A stretch of DNA of 64,000 nt from an uncultured Methanosarcinales archaeon (GCA_964455675.1 CAYVYK010000010.1:1-64000), one strand, 5' to 3'; numbered from the stretch's first letter, positions 19,754 through 30,817 are shown. Numbers and translations are program-made. The notes: a model not told the origin generated them from the letters alone.

Positions 19754-21016
19754 TCACTCCTGGAAATAGCTTTTTTTTGGTTTCTTTGGCTCGCGGGTTT
19801 GTGTTCTCGCGATGGTTTTGCGCACGCCCCAGATGATGAGTACGATTGCGATAAGCGCAAATCCGATGATCGCCCAGGTTAGCGGTCGCTCTGGCCTAGC
19901 GTTTGCGACGACAACAGGTATTTTTTTGCTGTACGTGAGCACGTCTTCGCCAACGACATTCTTTATCTCGAGGTCGAGGTAGTAGGTCTGGACGTGCGCG
20001 TCGTCGTTGATGTCAAAGGCGAGCGTTGCCTGCCCGGTTTCTCCGCTCTCCAGGATTGGCGCGATGAAGTCGCTTGATTCGTCGAACTTGAATGGCTGAT
20101 CGCTTTTGCCATACACTTTCAGTCGAACGGACTCGCCTTTCTCTTCTCCGATGTTCTTCACAGTTATGAGCACTTTAACGTCACGGTCGCCTGCTGTTAG
20201 CGATTCAGGTGTGAATACTGCACTGACGATCTCGTAGAGTGGAACGGGACGGATGCTGATCTTCATTGGTATCGTGCGCTGTTCTGTGAGGTATGTTTCC
20301 TCCTCCTGGTCGGGCTTGTATTTGTAGTCAAGCTTGAGCTGCGCGAGGTATTCTCCAGGTTTTACTGTTTCGTCAACATCAATGTAAAATGTTGCGGACG
20401 ATGTGCTGTCTGCACCGATGTTTCCAAGAAGTGAGAGTCCACCATATGATTCGGGAAGCGTGATTCCGCTTGGAAGACCAGCAAGTTCCGCTCGGACATT
20501 CTGTGCGGTGCCATCGCCGATATTGAGGAGTGTGACATCAAGCTTCACGTTCTCATCTCCTGGCTTGATGCGCAAAGGATCTGAATCAAGCGTTCCGATG
20601 GCAAGGTCCACTTCGAGGAGTTCCCGCTCTTCAACGTTGATGTAGAGGTTCGTTTGGGATTCTTCGGTGTCTGAGATGACTTTTGCCTGAATGAGGTTTT
20701 GTCCCTCCGTTGCTTCGCTCCTCACCCGTAGCCGGTACTCAAGTGATTGCGTGCCATATCCCCGAAGGAGTCCGATACGGGTTCGAGCGGGCTGGCCTGT
20801 GGATAGCTCAAGTCCGTCACGCGGAATGATTTCAAGGTACGTGTTGTCCGATGCCTCGACGGAAGGGTTCTCCACCTTAAACCACACGGTCACGATCTTT
20901 CCGGACTCTGCGGGTTTAGGATCGTAGGTCTCCACGGAAACACGGAGGGCCATTGCTGATGTTGCGCTGCTGATTACGATCAATAAACAAACGATGGTTA
21001 GGACGATTTTATTCAT
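19754..21016 (-). CDS. COG1361 S-layer-domain-like protein
   Basis: Signal peptide, three Ig-like repeats (NIGDGTAQNV), C-terminal TM plus basic tail. Confidence 0.8.
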   Translation of the reverse strand: MNKIVLTIVCLLIVISSATSAMALRVSVETYDPKPAESGKIVTVWFKVENPSVEASDNTYLEIIPRDGLELSTGQPARTRIGLLRGYGTQSLEYRLRVRSEATEGQNLIQAKVISDTEESQTNLYINVEERELLEVDLAIGTLDSDPLRIKPGDENVKLDVTLLNIGDGTAQNVRAELAGLPSGITLPESYGGLSLLGNIGADSTSSATFYIDVDETVKPGEYLAQLKLDYKYKPDQEEETYLTEQRTIPMKISIRPVPLYEIVSAVFTPESLTAGDRDVKVLITVKNIGEEKGESVRLKVYGKSDQPFKFDESSDFIAPILESGETGQATLAFDINDDAHVQTYYLDLEIKNVVGEDVLTYSKKIPVVVANARPERPLTWAIIGFALIAIVLIIWGVRKTIARTQTREPKKPKKSYFQE

Positions 21017-23298
21017 GGTTTCACCTTGTGTGTTTTATAGACGATTGAGAGTATTGCTGGAACGATAAGAACACATGAGAAGAACGTGAACATCATACCC
21101 AGCGTGAGCGTTAGTCCGAGCCGTTTTGTTGCAAGGAGCGATGCAAGTGTCAGGGCAAGAAACCCGATCATGGTGGTTATCGTGCTGAGGAAAAGTGACT
21201 CACCGATTGTGGTGATCGTGCGCCGTAGCGCTTCGTTGGGCTTCATTCCTTCCTTGATGCTTCGCTCGGTACTGTGCATGATGTGGATGCTGTAGTCGAT
21301 TCCTGCGCCCATCAGGATTGCAAGCATTCCTGTGGTAAGGACAGTGAATGGAAGGTTAACATAGCCCATGGTTCCGATTGTCCACGCGATCGCGAAGAAT
21401 ATGGGGACGAATGCAAGCAGTCCCCGAACGATGGATCGGAAGAACAATGATGCAATGATGAAAACGAGTGCGAATCCAAGGAGCGTCGTGAGCATCATGC
21501 TGTCATTGATTGTCTTGTCAAGTTCAATGTCTTCCGCAAATCCTCCCTGAGGGATGATCGTAACACCGGTTGGGAGCCGTATCCCCTCGATCTCGCCAAG
21601 CACCTCATAATATTGCTCTCGATCAGTGAACGTGTTGCTTCGTAACGCGACGAGCATGATACTGTAGTCTCTGTTGTACATTTGTTTCGTTTCAGGATGT
21701 TCGGCCATGATCCGCTGTACTTGCTCGAACGTTTGGGGTATCCTTCCTTCATTAATATTCTTGATAGTGTCGGCGGGGCTATCGACAGAGTCGATGTATT
21801 TCAGCCGTTCAAGTGTCGCATCAATGTCCGCGACTGATTGGAGGACTCTTGGGTCTCGAAGGTCAGTGACTGCCTGCTCACCTGATTCTGTATTCTTGTC
21901 AATCATGACAAGGAAGTTTTGTGAATCCACACCGCCAAAATTGTATCCTACTTTGTCGAGTGATTCCCAAACGGGATCATTCTTGGGAAGCCAGTTGTCG
22001 TTGCTCGTGTCCATTCGTACAAGGCCTAGTCCAGGGATTGCAATTACAGTGAGGGCAATAACGGTAACAAGGACGTGATAAGGCCTGCGGGTAATGAGAA
22101 CCGCAAGCCAAGTGAGTACCCGTTTGAGCATCTGATTGCTGCGTGTCTTTTGTTCTCCTCTGATAGTAAAGATCGCCTCGTCAAGTCTTGAGTATACAAG
22201 CTTGCGCTGGAGCACAAGGATCGCAGGAAGCACAAGGATGCTCGTGATAAAGGCATAAGTTATACCTAAAGCGAGGACGATGCCTTGTGTGACCGATAGA
22301 GGGCTTCCTCCAGCGGTCATAGCAAGAAACCCCGCGACTGTCGTCAGGAATGATGCGAAGAGCGCAGACCCCACTGCGACGACAGTGTAATGCGTCGGAT
22401 TCCTTTCGCCTCTCCTGACTGCGTGGTTGTATCCGTGCGTCATATGGATGGCGTAGTCGACTCCAAGGCCTACCATCATTGCTCCGACGCTTGCAATCAT
22501 CATGGTGATCCTTATGCCAAGGAGGCTCATCGTCCCCGCAAGCCAGATAAGGACGAGCACCACGGGGAGTACAGATACGATACCTATGCGGACTGAACGG
22601 AATGAGATGGAAAGGACAATAAGGACGAAAAACAGTGCGATGCCGATCGTTGAGATATTGTCGTTGATCAGGAGGTTCATGATTCGGTTGAGGAGTGTGG
22701 GAAGTCCCGTGAGTGTTGTCTTCATGCCGTTGATCTTTGGTGCATTAATGATGCGTTCGTTGATGGCATCCTCAAGGTTCTCGAGCGCGCCGGGTTGAGT
22801 TTCAACGTTCACCGTAACGATCATGTTCAATAACCGATAGTCCTGGGAGACAAGGCTGCTCGTGTCGCCGAGAAGTGCGAGCATTTCCTTACTTTCCTCG
22901 AGTGTTTCGGGCAGCCGTCCATACCTCGCTCGCAGTACATCTGCAATGCAGAGGACATCGCTGACACTTGACTCGGCCCTGATGCTTCGTGCAAGATCCT
23001 CCGTTGCGGACAGTACGGATGGTTCTCGGATGTCGCGCACTGCGGTGACATCATTGATAGACTCATCGATCTCTATGAGGATAAACAGCCTGTCGGATTG
23101 GCCGAATTCATCGGATACGAGCCTACCGAGAATTCGAGTATCAGAATCTTCTCGGTAGAGTGTGTCAAAGTTGCTGTCCGTCCCGATTCGCACCGCGTAG
23201 TAAGAGAGAAATAAGGTGATTGTCAGCACTCCAAGAAGCCAGAGTACTGGGTATCGTTCTTGTAGGTCTGCTGCTTTTTCAAGTGAGCGCTTCAGCAC
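21013..23298 (-). CDS. MMPL/RND superfamily transporter
   Basis: Duplicated GLGVDYAIH / GAGIDYSIH motifs; likely GTG start at 23298 after GGGGTG RBS. Confidence 0.9.
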   Translation of the reverse strand: MLKRSLEKAADLQERYPVLWLLGVLTITLFLSYYAVRIGTDSNFDTLYREDSDTRILGRLVSDEFGQSDRLFILIEIDESINDVTAVRDIREPSVLSATEDLARSIRAESSVSDVLCIADVLRARYGRLPETLEESKEMLALLGDTSSLVSQDYRLLNMIVTVNVETQPGALENLEDAINERIINAPKINGMKTTLTGLPTLLNRIMNLLINDNISTIGIALFFVLIVLSISFRSVRIGIVSVLPVVLVLIWLAGTMSLLGIRITMMIASVGAMMVGLGVDYAIHMTHGYNHAVRRGERNPTHYTVVAVGSALFASFLTTVAGFLAMTAGGSPLSVTQGIVLALGITYAFITSILVLPAILVLQRKLVYSRLDEAIFTIRGEQKTRSNQMLKRVLTWLAVLITRRPYHVLVTVIALTVIAIPGLGLVRMDTSNDNWLPKNDPVWESLDKVGYNFGGVDSQNFLVMIDKNTESGEQAVTDLRDPRVLQSVADIDATLERLKYIDSVDSPADTIKNINEGRIPQTFEQVQRIMAEHPETKQMYNRDYSIMLVALRSNTFTDREQYYEVLGEIEGIRLPTGVTIIPQGGFAEDIELDKTINDSMMLTTLLGFALVFIIASLFFRSIVRGLLAFVPIFFAIAWTIGTMGYVNLPFTVLTTGMLAILMGAGIDYSIHIMHSTERSIKEGMKPNEALRRTITTIGESLFLSTITTMIGFLALTLASLLATKRLGLTLTLGMMFTFFSCVLIVPAILSIVYKTHKVKP

Positions 23299-23459
23299 GA
23301 GGTTACACCCCAAAAGATAGTCAAGAGAGCCCTCTTTTGATTTATAAATATTGTGTAAAGTGTTCAATAGGATTCAATAGAATTCACGTCATTAGGTTCA
23401 TCATGCCTGGAGGCAAGTATGCCGACGGATTTATAAGCAGGATTTCACGCCTCCTTGGT

Positions 23460-25574
23460 ATGTGCGGCATCGTTGGTTGTTTTAATACAAGTAATGCGGG
23501 CTCTAAGGTAAAGTGCGGACTTCTCAAACTCAGGAACCGCGGAATGGATGGTGCGGGATCGTGTGATGGAAAGAAAGTTCTGCATGCATCCTCTCCTGAG
23601 GATCTTGTGCCGCAGAAAGGAAGGAACTGTATCGGGCACGTGCTGCATGCAATAGTTGATCATGTGCCAAACCCAGTGCAAGGTAAGGGAGTCATTGTCG
23701 CAAACTGCGAGATCTATAACTGGAAGGAGCTGTCTATGAAGTGTGCATTGAACGTGAGAAATGATTCCGAGTTGCTCCTTCGCCTCTGTGACAAGGATCC
23801 TAAAGTGATCCCAAAGGTTCTTGACGAACTTGATGGTGTCTATGCTTTTGCGTATTGGCGTGGCAGCGAGATCTGGATCGCACGGGATATCATTGGCGTT
23901 AAGCCCTTGTGGTTCTCGCACGGTAAGGGTTTCTTTTTCGCTTCCGAGCGCAAAGTGCTAGAGGAGTGGGGGTGCAAGGCTATTGAAGAGCTCAATCCTC
24001 GCAGTGTCCTCATCTATAACATTCGCACAAACCGCATCAGCATCATCCGCCGTGAGTTCTTCGCTTCTCATCCTAATATTAAAGGGAGCGAGGAGGATAT
24101 AAGGAAGGAGCTTGGACAAAAGCTGAAATCAGCCGTCGAAAAGCGAGTTCCTGATCAGAAAACAGGGATTCTGTTTTCTGGCGGCGTGGATTCCGTGCTG
24201 CTCGCCCGGTTGCTTCAGCTCCTCGGAAAAGACGTGACGTGTTATACCGTAGCTGTTGAGGAGCCAGGACTCATGGAGTCTGAGGATCTGGTGTTTGCGA
24301 AAAAAGCAGCAGATGCGCTCGGACTTAAGCTTCGGACAATCCTCCTTTCGTTGAAGGATGTCGAGGCCGAGATTGCGGAAGTGATTCCCCTTATTGAAGA
24401 GACGAACGCGATTAAAGTTGGCGTTGCCGTGACGATCCATGCGGCCGCGAAGGTTGCGCATAAGGACGGCATCAAGGTACTCTTCAGTGGAACCGGTAGT
24501 GACGATCTGTTTGCGGGGTACGATCGCCACAAGCCATCCGCGACCTTGAATGATGATTGTCTTTCCGGAGTGCGCCGTCTGTACGAGCGCGATCTCTATC
24601 GAGATGACGTTGTCGTGATGAATTGTGCAGTCGAGCTCCGCCTTCCATATCTTGACAAATCGCTTGTTAGGTTCGCGCTTCGGATTCCGCCAGAGTTCAA
24701 GATTGCGAGCGATAACAAAATGATTCTCCGCAGGCTCGCTCAAGATTTGGGAGTCCCAGAGTTCATCGCGTTCAGAAAGAAGCGTGCCGCGCAGTACGGC
24801 AGCAGGGTTGACCAGGCACTCGAGAAGATCGCGAAAAGGAAGGGGTACAATAACAAGAATGCCCTCCTCGCAGGGTACCGGAAGAGGAAAATTAGTATTG
24901 CATCCCTGTGGAGCACGGGAAAGGATAGCGCTTTTGCCGCCTATTTGATGACGACGCGGAATTATGAAATCTCCTGTCTTGTCTCATTGCAGAGCGAAAA
25001 TCCGGATTCGTACATGTTTCACACTCCATCGATTGATCTGAGTAGACTGCACGCAAAAGCGATGGATGTTCCGCTCGTGCTGCAGAAGACGCTTGGGGAA
25101 GAGAATGACGAGCTCTGTGACCTCAAAAAGGCGTTGCAGACCGCAAAGAAAAAGTTCCATATCGAGGGCGTCGTGAATGGCGCGCTCTACTCCTCCTACC
25201 AACGCGACCGCATCGAAAAGATTTGTGACGAGCTTGGGCTTAAAGTGTATACTCCGCTCTGGCACATGCGCCAGGAGGAAGAACTCCGTCAGGTTCTGCT
25301 TCATAACTTCAGGATTATCTTCACAAAAGTTGCGGCGGAAGGTCTTGACGCTTCCTGGCTTGGCGTGCAAATAACAAGTGACCACGTGCAGCGGTTGATT
25401 GCTCTCAACAAAAAACTTGGCGTCAACGTTGCAGGTGAGGGCGGCGAGTTTGAGTCGCTAGTGCTTGATTGTCCTCTTTTCTCGCGCGAGATCATCATTC
25501 GTGATGCATCAATCAAGCAGGACGGCTTATGCGCAGTGCTGTCAATAGAAAGAACAACACTGAAAAAGAAGTGA
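23460..25574 (+). CDS. Asparagine synthetase B-like protein fused to diphthine-ammonia ligase (Dph6)
   Basis: MCGIVG Ntn start, NCEIYN, RDIIGVKPL, FSGGVDS; then WSTGKDS, DSYMFH, GEGGEFES. Confidence 0.9.
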   Translation: MCGIVGCFNTSNAGSKVKCGLLKLRNRGMDGAGSCDGKKVLHASSPEDLVPQKGRNCIGHVLHAIVDHVPNPVQGKGVIVANCEIYNWKELSMKCALNVRNDSELLLRLCDKDPKVIPKVLDELDGVYAFAYWRGSEIWIARDIIGVKPLWFSHGKGFFFASERKVLEEWGCKAIEELNPRSVLIYNIRTNRISIIRREFFASHPNIKGSEEDIRKELGQKLKSAVEKRVPDQKTGILFSGGVDSVLLARLLQLLGKDVTCYTVAVEEPGLMESEDLVFAKKAADALGLKLRTILLSLKDVEAEIAEVIPLIEETNAIKVGVAVTIHAAAKVAHKDGIKVLFSGTGSDDLFAGYDRHKPSATLNDDCLSGVRRLYERDLYRDDVVVMNCAVELRLPYLDKSLVRFALRIPPEFKIASDNKMILRRLAQDLGVPEFIAFRKKRAAQYGSRVDQALEKIAKRKGYNNKNALLAGYRKRKISIASLWSTGKDSAFAAYLMTTRNYEISCLVSLQSENPDSYMFHTPSIDLSRLHAKAMDVPLVLQKTLGEENDELCDLKKALQTAKKKFHIEGVVNGALYSSYQRDRIEKICDELGLKVYTPLWHMRQEEELRQVLLHNFRIIFTKVAAEGLDASWLGVQITSDHVQRLIALNKKLGVNVAGEGGEFESLVLDCPLFSREIIIRDASIKQDGLCAVLSIERTTLKKK

Positions 25575-25596
25575 TGAGAATTGGTATTCTTCCGTT

Positions 25597-26001
25597 CTAA
25601 GATTTTTCTTTTGGTTCCGCAAGTTTCTTTGTGATATCAATAGGGGTCTTGCAATATTGGCATAGAACGCGCAGCGTCGGAACTCCGTTGATGTTTTTGC
25701 GCTTGAACGATGTTTCCGTTTCGCCATTCTTAAAGCACGCAGGACATTTGTATGTTACACACGCGGTCAGGCTATCCTCATATGCTTGTTTCTCGACGGT
25801 GTAATGGCATGCCGGGCATTCATATTCTTTGGCGCGGATTTTCACGCTGCCTTTCTTGTCAACCGGCTTTCCCATAAACGCCTTTCCACATTTTGTGCAT
25901 TTCTGCCGTGGAACCCAGCATATCACCTTTCCATTATTTCCCTCTCCGATTGTTCTGTTTGTGAAGTAGACAAGCTCTTCCATGGACTCTGGCTCTTTCA
26001 T
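25597..26001 (-). CDS. Multi-zinc-ribbon hypothetical protein
   Basis: Four CxxC motifs. Confidence 0.75.
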   Translation of the reverse strand: MKEPESMEELVYFTNRTIGEGNNGKVICWVPRQKCTKCGKAFMGKPVDKKGSVKIRAKEYECPACHYTVEKQAYEDSLTACVTYKCPACFKNGETETSFKRKNINGVPTLRVLCQYCKTPIDITKKLAEPKEKS

Positions 26002-26110
26002 GGGATCACCGAAGGTGATGGGTGTTGAAGTTGCTTTTATAGTTTTGGTATGGAATGTTCTAAAGAGGCGTAAAGAAAATGGACTTAGGTTCAGAATGAT
26101 ATGCGAACAA

Positions 26111-26196
26111 TGCGAGGGAGGGGATTCGAACCCCCGAAGGCACTAAGCCACAGGATCTTAAGTCCTGCACGTTTGACCGGACTTCGCTACCCTCGC
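26111..26196 (-). tRNA. tRNA-Leu(TAA)
   Basis: GCGAGGG/CCCTCGC acceptor; CAGGA-CT-TAA-GA-TCCTG; long variable arm; GTTCGAATC. Confidence 0.95.
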
Positions 26197-26277
26197 ATAG
26201 AGAGTAGATTCGCTTGCGTCGTTTTAAATTCTTCCATTTTCTGCGTGGACTCAAGATGAAGCGATCGTGAGGATGTG

Positions 26278-26865
26278 TTAGTCTTGCGAGAATAAACCTT
26301 TCAAGAAACGCAGAGCGTCGCGTACATATGTTCCAACAGTCCGCGCTGGTGGGTAATGCAATACATTGTACAAGCGGTTGCGTTCTTTTCCAAGATACGT
26401 ATAGAGGTCCCTCGCGCGGATGATATCTCCCTTCGCAAGGCTTGCCTCATCGAGGTTCCCTATTCCAACATATGTGTCAATGAGCGACAGAACATCCTGC
26501 TTGTTGATCTGCATAAGCATGCGATGCGCATGTGCTCGCGCATCGATCATTTCTCGCTTGTCTTTTCCTATCGTGATCAGGATATCTGCGATATGATCGA
26601 GAGCGTCATCATATGTGGGGCCAAGGTCTTGCATTCTCTTTCCTGTCTTCATATCCTGCAAAAATTCCCATGCGGTCTCTCCAGTAATTCGACTTTTTTC
26701 ATAGCCGATGGCGTCGCCGAGGATCCAGAGATATCGTTCGACCGGCCCGGTATAGCGGTACTCGCACGCCGATTGTGGGGTTCCCCAGTGGAGAGTGCGG
26801 GCTTCCTCCCCTATGAGCTCGTCGATAGAATGTTTCACCTGTATCAGATCGGACTTCAGATTCAT
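26278..26865 (-). CDS. Hypothetical protein
   Basis: 195-aa ORF. Confidence 0.6.
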   Translation of the reverse strand: MNLKSDLIQVKHSIDELIGEEARTLHWGTPQSACEYRYTGPVERYLWILGDAIGYEKSRITGETAWEFLQDMKTGKRMQDLGPTYDDALDHIADILITIGKDKREMIDARAHAHRMLMQINKQDVLSLIDTYVGIGNLDEASLAKGDIIRARDLYTYLGKERNRLYNVLHYPPARTVGTYVRDALRFLKGLFSQD

Positions 26866-26958
26866 AACCTGAGGGATGGTTCAAGGAATAATAACCTTTG
26901 CTTTATTTGTCACTCCAACGTGACTATAAAGGCGCATCAGTTCATTGGTTGATCCCTA

Positions 26959-28083
26959 TCACATTCCCCGAAGTGTCTCCATGAACACCTGCTTGTTATG
27001 AGCCGCAGTGGTTGTTGGTCTTCCAAGGTCCTTCCTCGCTCCGCCCTTGACAAGAATCTCGAGAAGCGCTGGCCCCTCTGTTGCACAGAGCCGCGCGATT
27101 GCGGCCTTGAGTTCCTCAGGCGTTGCGACTTTTTCGGCGTGCTGGTACTGGCAAGCGATCGCGATTGCAGGTATGTCCATGTCATACGCTGGTGTTGGCT
27201 GCCCTCCAACACTCTCGTGCGATCCATTGTTGAAGATGATGTGCCGAAGATTCTTCGGACTTGCGGCGCCGATTACTGCAAGTGATCCCATGTGCATGAT
27301 GAGCGCCCCATCACCGTCGAGGCAGTAGATGTTTGCGTCGCTTTTTTGTAGCGCAATCCCAAGCGCGATGCTGGACGCGTGTCCCATGGACCCGACCGTG
27401 AGGAAATCCTGGCCGTGACCCTGCCCCTCATGTTCGCGGTACTCAAAGAGTTCTCGGGAGAGTTTGCCGGTTGTTGATACAATGATTGCATTCCCTCCGA
27501 TGCCTTCGAGTGCAATTCCAAGGGCTTGCTCGCGCGTCATTTCATAGTCGCTCGTTTTCTTGGAGTGTGAATACGGCTCAAAGGTATCGGCCCGTACAAC
27601 AATCGCCGCAGGTGCGCCGCGTTGCCGTGCGGCCTGACACATCGCATCAATGGTAGCCTTGGCTTCTGGCATGCTTTGTGGCAGTACTTCGTAGGGTATA
27701 CCGAGCGTATCGAGGAGCGATAGTGTTACTTTTCCCATCTTGACATGCTGGGGCTCGTCTTTCTTTCCAGGCTCCCCGCGCCATCCGATGAGGAGGACAA
27801 CAGGTATTCCATAGACGTCAGGATCCGCAAATGATGTGAGCGGATTGACCGCGTTTCCCTCTCCTGAATTCTGCATGTAGACACATCCCGGATTTCCAGT
27901 GGCAAGATAATGGCCTCCGGCTAGTGCGATCGCGTTGCCCTCGTTTGCGGTGATGATATGGTTTAGCCCCATGTTCTGCTGAAGGTACGAACATGCTTCT
28001 TTGAGGAGCGAGTCTGGTACTCCTGCGTAGAACGATATGCCTTGCTTGCCGAGTGTTTCAAAAAATTCATTGCATGGGATCAT
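26959..28083 (-). CDS. aepY: Phosphonopyruvate decarboxylase
   Basis: GVPDSLL, MQNSG.GN, DEPQH, GSMGH, DGDG. Confidence 0.95.
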   Translation of the reverse strand: MIPCNEFFETLGKQGISFYAGVPDSLLKEACSYLQQNMGLNHIITANEGNAIALAGGHYLATGNPGCVYMQNSGEGNAVNPLTSFADPDVYGIPVVLLIGWRGEPGKKDEPQHVKMGKVTLSLLDTLGIPYEVLPQSMPEAKATIDAMCQAARQRGAPAAIVVRADTFEPYSHSKKTSDYEMTREQALGIALEGIGGNAIIVSTTGKLSRELFEYREHEGQGHGQDFLTVGSMGHASSIALGIALQKSDANIYCLDGDGALIMHMGSLAVIGAASPKNLRHIIFNNGSHESVGGQPTPAYDMDIPAIAIACQYQHAEKVATPEELKAAIARLCATEGPALLEILVKGGARKDLGRPTTTAAHNKQVFMETLRGM

Positions 28084-28088
28084 GGTTT

Positions 28089-29387
28089 TCACTCCTTGTT
28101 TGGTATCAGTGTTAGTATTTCCTTGATGGGCATGCATTGCTTGCTTGCCTCATGCGCTCTCTTGTGGCGGAGGATGTGCTCTGCCGTGCTCACCATTGCT
28201 GGATACGCGCTCCGGAGCATATGGTTCGCGTAGATGACGACGTTGACGCCGGCCGCCGCGAGTTCTTCTTCCGTAATGGTATCGTATGTTGATGGTACGA
28301 CGACGAGTGGCGTGAGATCATCCATCCTTCGGAATTCTCTGCAGAATTCCAGGACTTCTGTTGGTTCCTTCTCTTTGCTGTGGATCATGATGCCGTCAGC
28401 GCCCGCTCGAACATATGCGCGCGCCCGTATCAGTGCATCGTCCATTCCTGCCTTGAGGATGAGGCTTTCGATCCGGGCGATGATCATGAAGTCTGTTGTG
28501 ACACGCGCCTGCTTTCCCGCCCGAATCTTTTCTGCGAAGCTTTGGACGCTGTCCTGAGTCTGCGAAACTTCAGTTCCAAAGAGCGAGTTTCTTTTTGCTC
28601 CGACCTTGTCTTCGATAATGACCGCTGATACTCCAAGTCGTTCGAGTGTTCTGACCATGAAGCGGAAGTGCTCGGTAAGTCCTCCGTCATCTCCGTCAAC
28701 GATCATGGGTTTCGTCGTAATCTCAAAGATTTGATCAATGGTGTGGACGCGCGAACTGACGTCGACAGCTTTGGTGTCGGGTTTTCCTTTTGCGATCGAG
28801 TCCGTGAGGCTGCTGACCCACATGCCGTCAAATTCCTCGGTTTTTCCATCCTGGAAGAGCTTGGTCTTTTCAACGATAAGTCCGGTGAGCCCGTTGTGCA
28901 CTTCGAGTATACGTACGATCGGCTTGAGCTCAAGAAGCCTGCGAAGCTTCTTGATTCGTAGCTCAGCTGTTGTGCCCTGTTCAGTTATTTGATTGATGAG
29001 CGCTGTTGACGAAACGTCCTTGGTGTATTCTGGTTCGATGAGTTGTCCTCCCCACTCAGAGAGTGCCTGCACGACCCGCTCGCGCACTTTTTGCTGAACG
29101 CCAGCCCTCCAATCGGTTCCGTGTACGACATAATCAGGCTTGAGTTTGCGCAGGTTGTCGACGTAGTCGAGCGTATGCTGGGGTACGACAGTCTTTACTC
29201 CGACGAGGTTTTCCACGATTCTCTTGCGCTGTTCCCATGGGATGAGTGGTACTCGTTTGTATGACGCGATCGCTTCGTCGGTGAGAAGTCCTACGGTCAC
29301 CTCGCCGAGTTTTCGCGCTTCCTCCAGGATATTGACATGCCCGTGATGCACAATGTCCGCTGCCATTCCGACATACACCTTCTTCAT
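28089..29387 (-). CDS. pepM: Cytidylyltransferase-phosphoenolpyruvate mutase fusion
   Basis: N-terminal HHGH; PepM-diagnostic EDKxxxxxNS ([10 protein letters not shown]). Confidence 0.95.
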   Translation of the reverse strand: MKKVYVGMAADIVHHGHVNILEEARKLGEVTVGLLTDEAIASYKRVPLIPWEQRKRIVENLVGVKTVVPQHTLDYVDNLRKLKPDYVVHGTDWRAGVQQKVRERVVQALSEWGGQLIEPEYTKDVSSTALINQITEQGTTAELRIKKLRRLLELKPIVRILEVHNGLTGLIVEKTKLFQDGKTEEFDGMWVSSLTDSIAKGKPDTKAVDVSSRVHTIDQIFEITTKPMIVDGDDGGLTEHFRFMVRTLERLGVSAVIIEDKVGAKRNSLFGTEVSQTQDSVQSFAEKIRAGKQARVTTDFMIIARIESLILKAGMDDALIRARAYVRAGADGIMIHSKEKEPTEVLEFCREFRRMDDLTPLVVVPSTYDTITEEELAAAGVNVVIYANHMLRSAYPAMVSTAEHILRHKRAHEASKQCMPIKEILTLIPNKE

Positions 29388-29917
29388 GGTTCTCCTCCTC
29401 CGATTACTCTCCTGATGATCTTGGAATTTGACAGTTTCTCATAATACGGGAATGTTTTTATCGTGCCGCCGATCTTTGAGATGAATGGCTTTCCGGGGAT
29501 CTTCTTCCAGTTTGAGCCGTACACGAGAATGATTTTTGCGTGCGGAAATGTCTGGTGAAGGTAGTGCAGGTTTTCTGTGGGATCAAGATGGTTTTGCGTA
29601 AGCACCATGTCCACGCAGTTCAGCGATGATACGACGGCGAGGCGCTCCTTGAGCCCTGCGACAGCGGGCATGCGGTAGCTTGTGATCGCCTCATCCGTGA
29701 GGACTCCGCAGGCGTGGAAGTCCCCAAGGGAATTTGCTTTCTGGAGCAGCTGAAGCTGTCCGTAGTTGAAGAGGTCGCCAGTTGTTGAAGAATAGACAAT
29801 CGTTTTTATCTTGCTTTTTTCAAGGTTTACCCAGTCCCCTTCCTGGATTCCAGATTCTTTTGGGACCGTAACGCAAAGCTGGCCATTGGACTTGTTTGCC
29901 CAGACGATTCGCTTCAT
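29384..29917 (-). CDS. AbrB-like domain fused to degenerate cytidylyltransferase domain
   Basis: [26 protein letters not shown] in place of Hx[12 protein letters not shown] as in the PepM N-terminus. Confidence 0.8.
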   Translation of the reverse strand: MKRIVWANKSNGQLCVTVPKESGIQEGDWVNLEKSKIKTIVYSSTTGDLFNYGQLQLLQKANSLGDFHACGVLTDEAITSYRMPAVAGLKERLAVVSSLNCVDMVLTQNHLDPTENLHYLHQTFPHAKIILVYGSNWKKIPGKPFISKIGGTIKTFPYYEKLSNSKIIRRVIGGGEP

Positions 29918-30142
29918 GTACTAGTATCACTAGTAGAGAATATTTAAACCTTTCTGCGTGTTCATGCTCATGCCTTCCGCCCTCGCGTAATGTGTTGCAT
30001 GCCTGTAGAGGGTGCTTGTGTGGTTAGTGTACAGATTTACATCCGATTTCGATCGAACGAACAGAGGAGAATGTGCGGGAATATGCGTTCGAAAACAGAT
30101 AATTTTATATGCAAATTGGGAGGTTATGCAGGTTGAACAGGG

Positions 30143-30784
30143 ATGGCAAAACAGTACAATGTGTTTCGGAAGTATCTCTATCAACCAATTGAGGGAGCAA
30201 TACTGCCGCTGCTCTACAAGACAAGGCTGACTGGAAACCAGATCACGTCATTTGGTCTTATCTGTGCAATTATTGGATCAGTGCTCATCGTGACGATGCA
30301 CCCAATATTACGGATTGTTGGTGTGCTCTTTCATCAGTTTGCCATTCTTGCCGACGGTCTTGATGGAGCGGTTGCCCGTTATCGGAAACAGGCGAGCGAG
30401 TTTGGTGGCTGGTGGGACAACCTCGCAGCGCGCATCTCAGAGTTCCTCTTCCTTGCTGCTGCATCCATTCATGCCTACTATCTGACAGGTAGACCAGTAT
30501 ATCTCATGCTCGGAATGGTCGTAATCTTCTGCAACACGATGATAAGTTCGATCAGTCAGCTCCGTGAGTATGTGGCGTTTGTCCCAAAGAAGCCTTTCAC
30601 GTCGTATGGAGGCATGCTCATCGGCCGAAGCTTCTTCACGTATGCGCTCTTGCCGCTTCTCCTGCTCCTTGGTCGCACAGATATTCTTCTTATTATCGGC
30701 ACGCCGTTCCTTTTCCTTGGGCTTTGCTTCCAGATTGCAAAGCACGTCCGTGCGTGGCAGCATGTTCATAAACGAAGGAGCTAA
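30143..30784 (+). CDS. CDP-alcohol phosphotransferase family protein
   Basis: NQIT; DGLDGAVAR..G..WDN (last Asp replaced by Ala). Confidence 0.9.
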   Translation: MAKQYNVFRKYLYQPIEGAILPLLYKTRLTGNQITSFGLICAIIGSVLIVTMHPILRIVGVLFHQFAILADGLDGAVARYRKQASEFGGWWDNLAARISEFLFLAAASIHAYYLTGRPVYLMLGMVVIFCNTMISSISQLREYVAFVPKKPFTSYGGMLIGRSFFTYALLPLLLLLGRTDILLIIGTPFLFLGLCFQIAKHVRAWQHVHKRRS

Positions 30785-30817
30785 CTTTATATACTTCGAT
30801 TTCCCGGCCATAACAGC

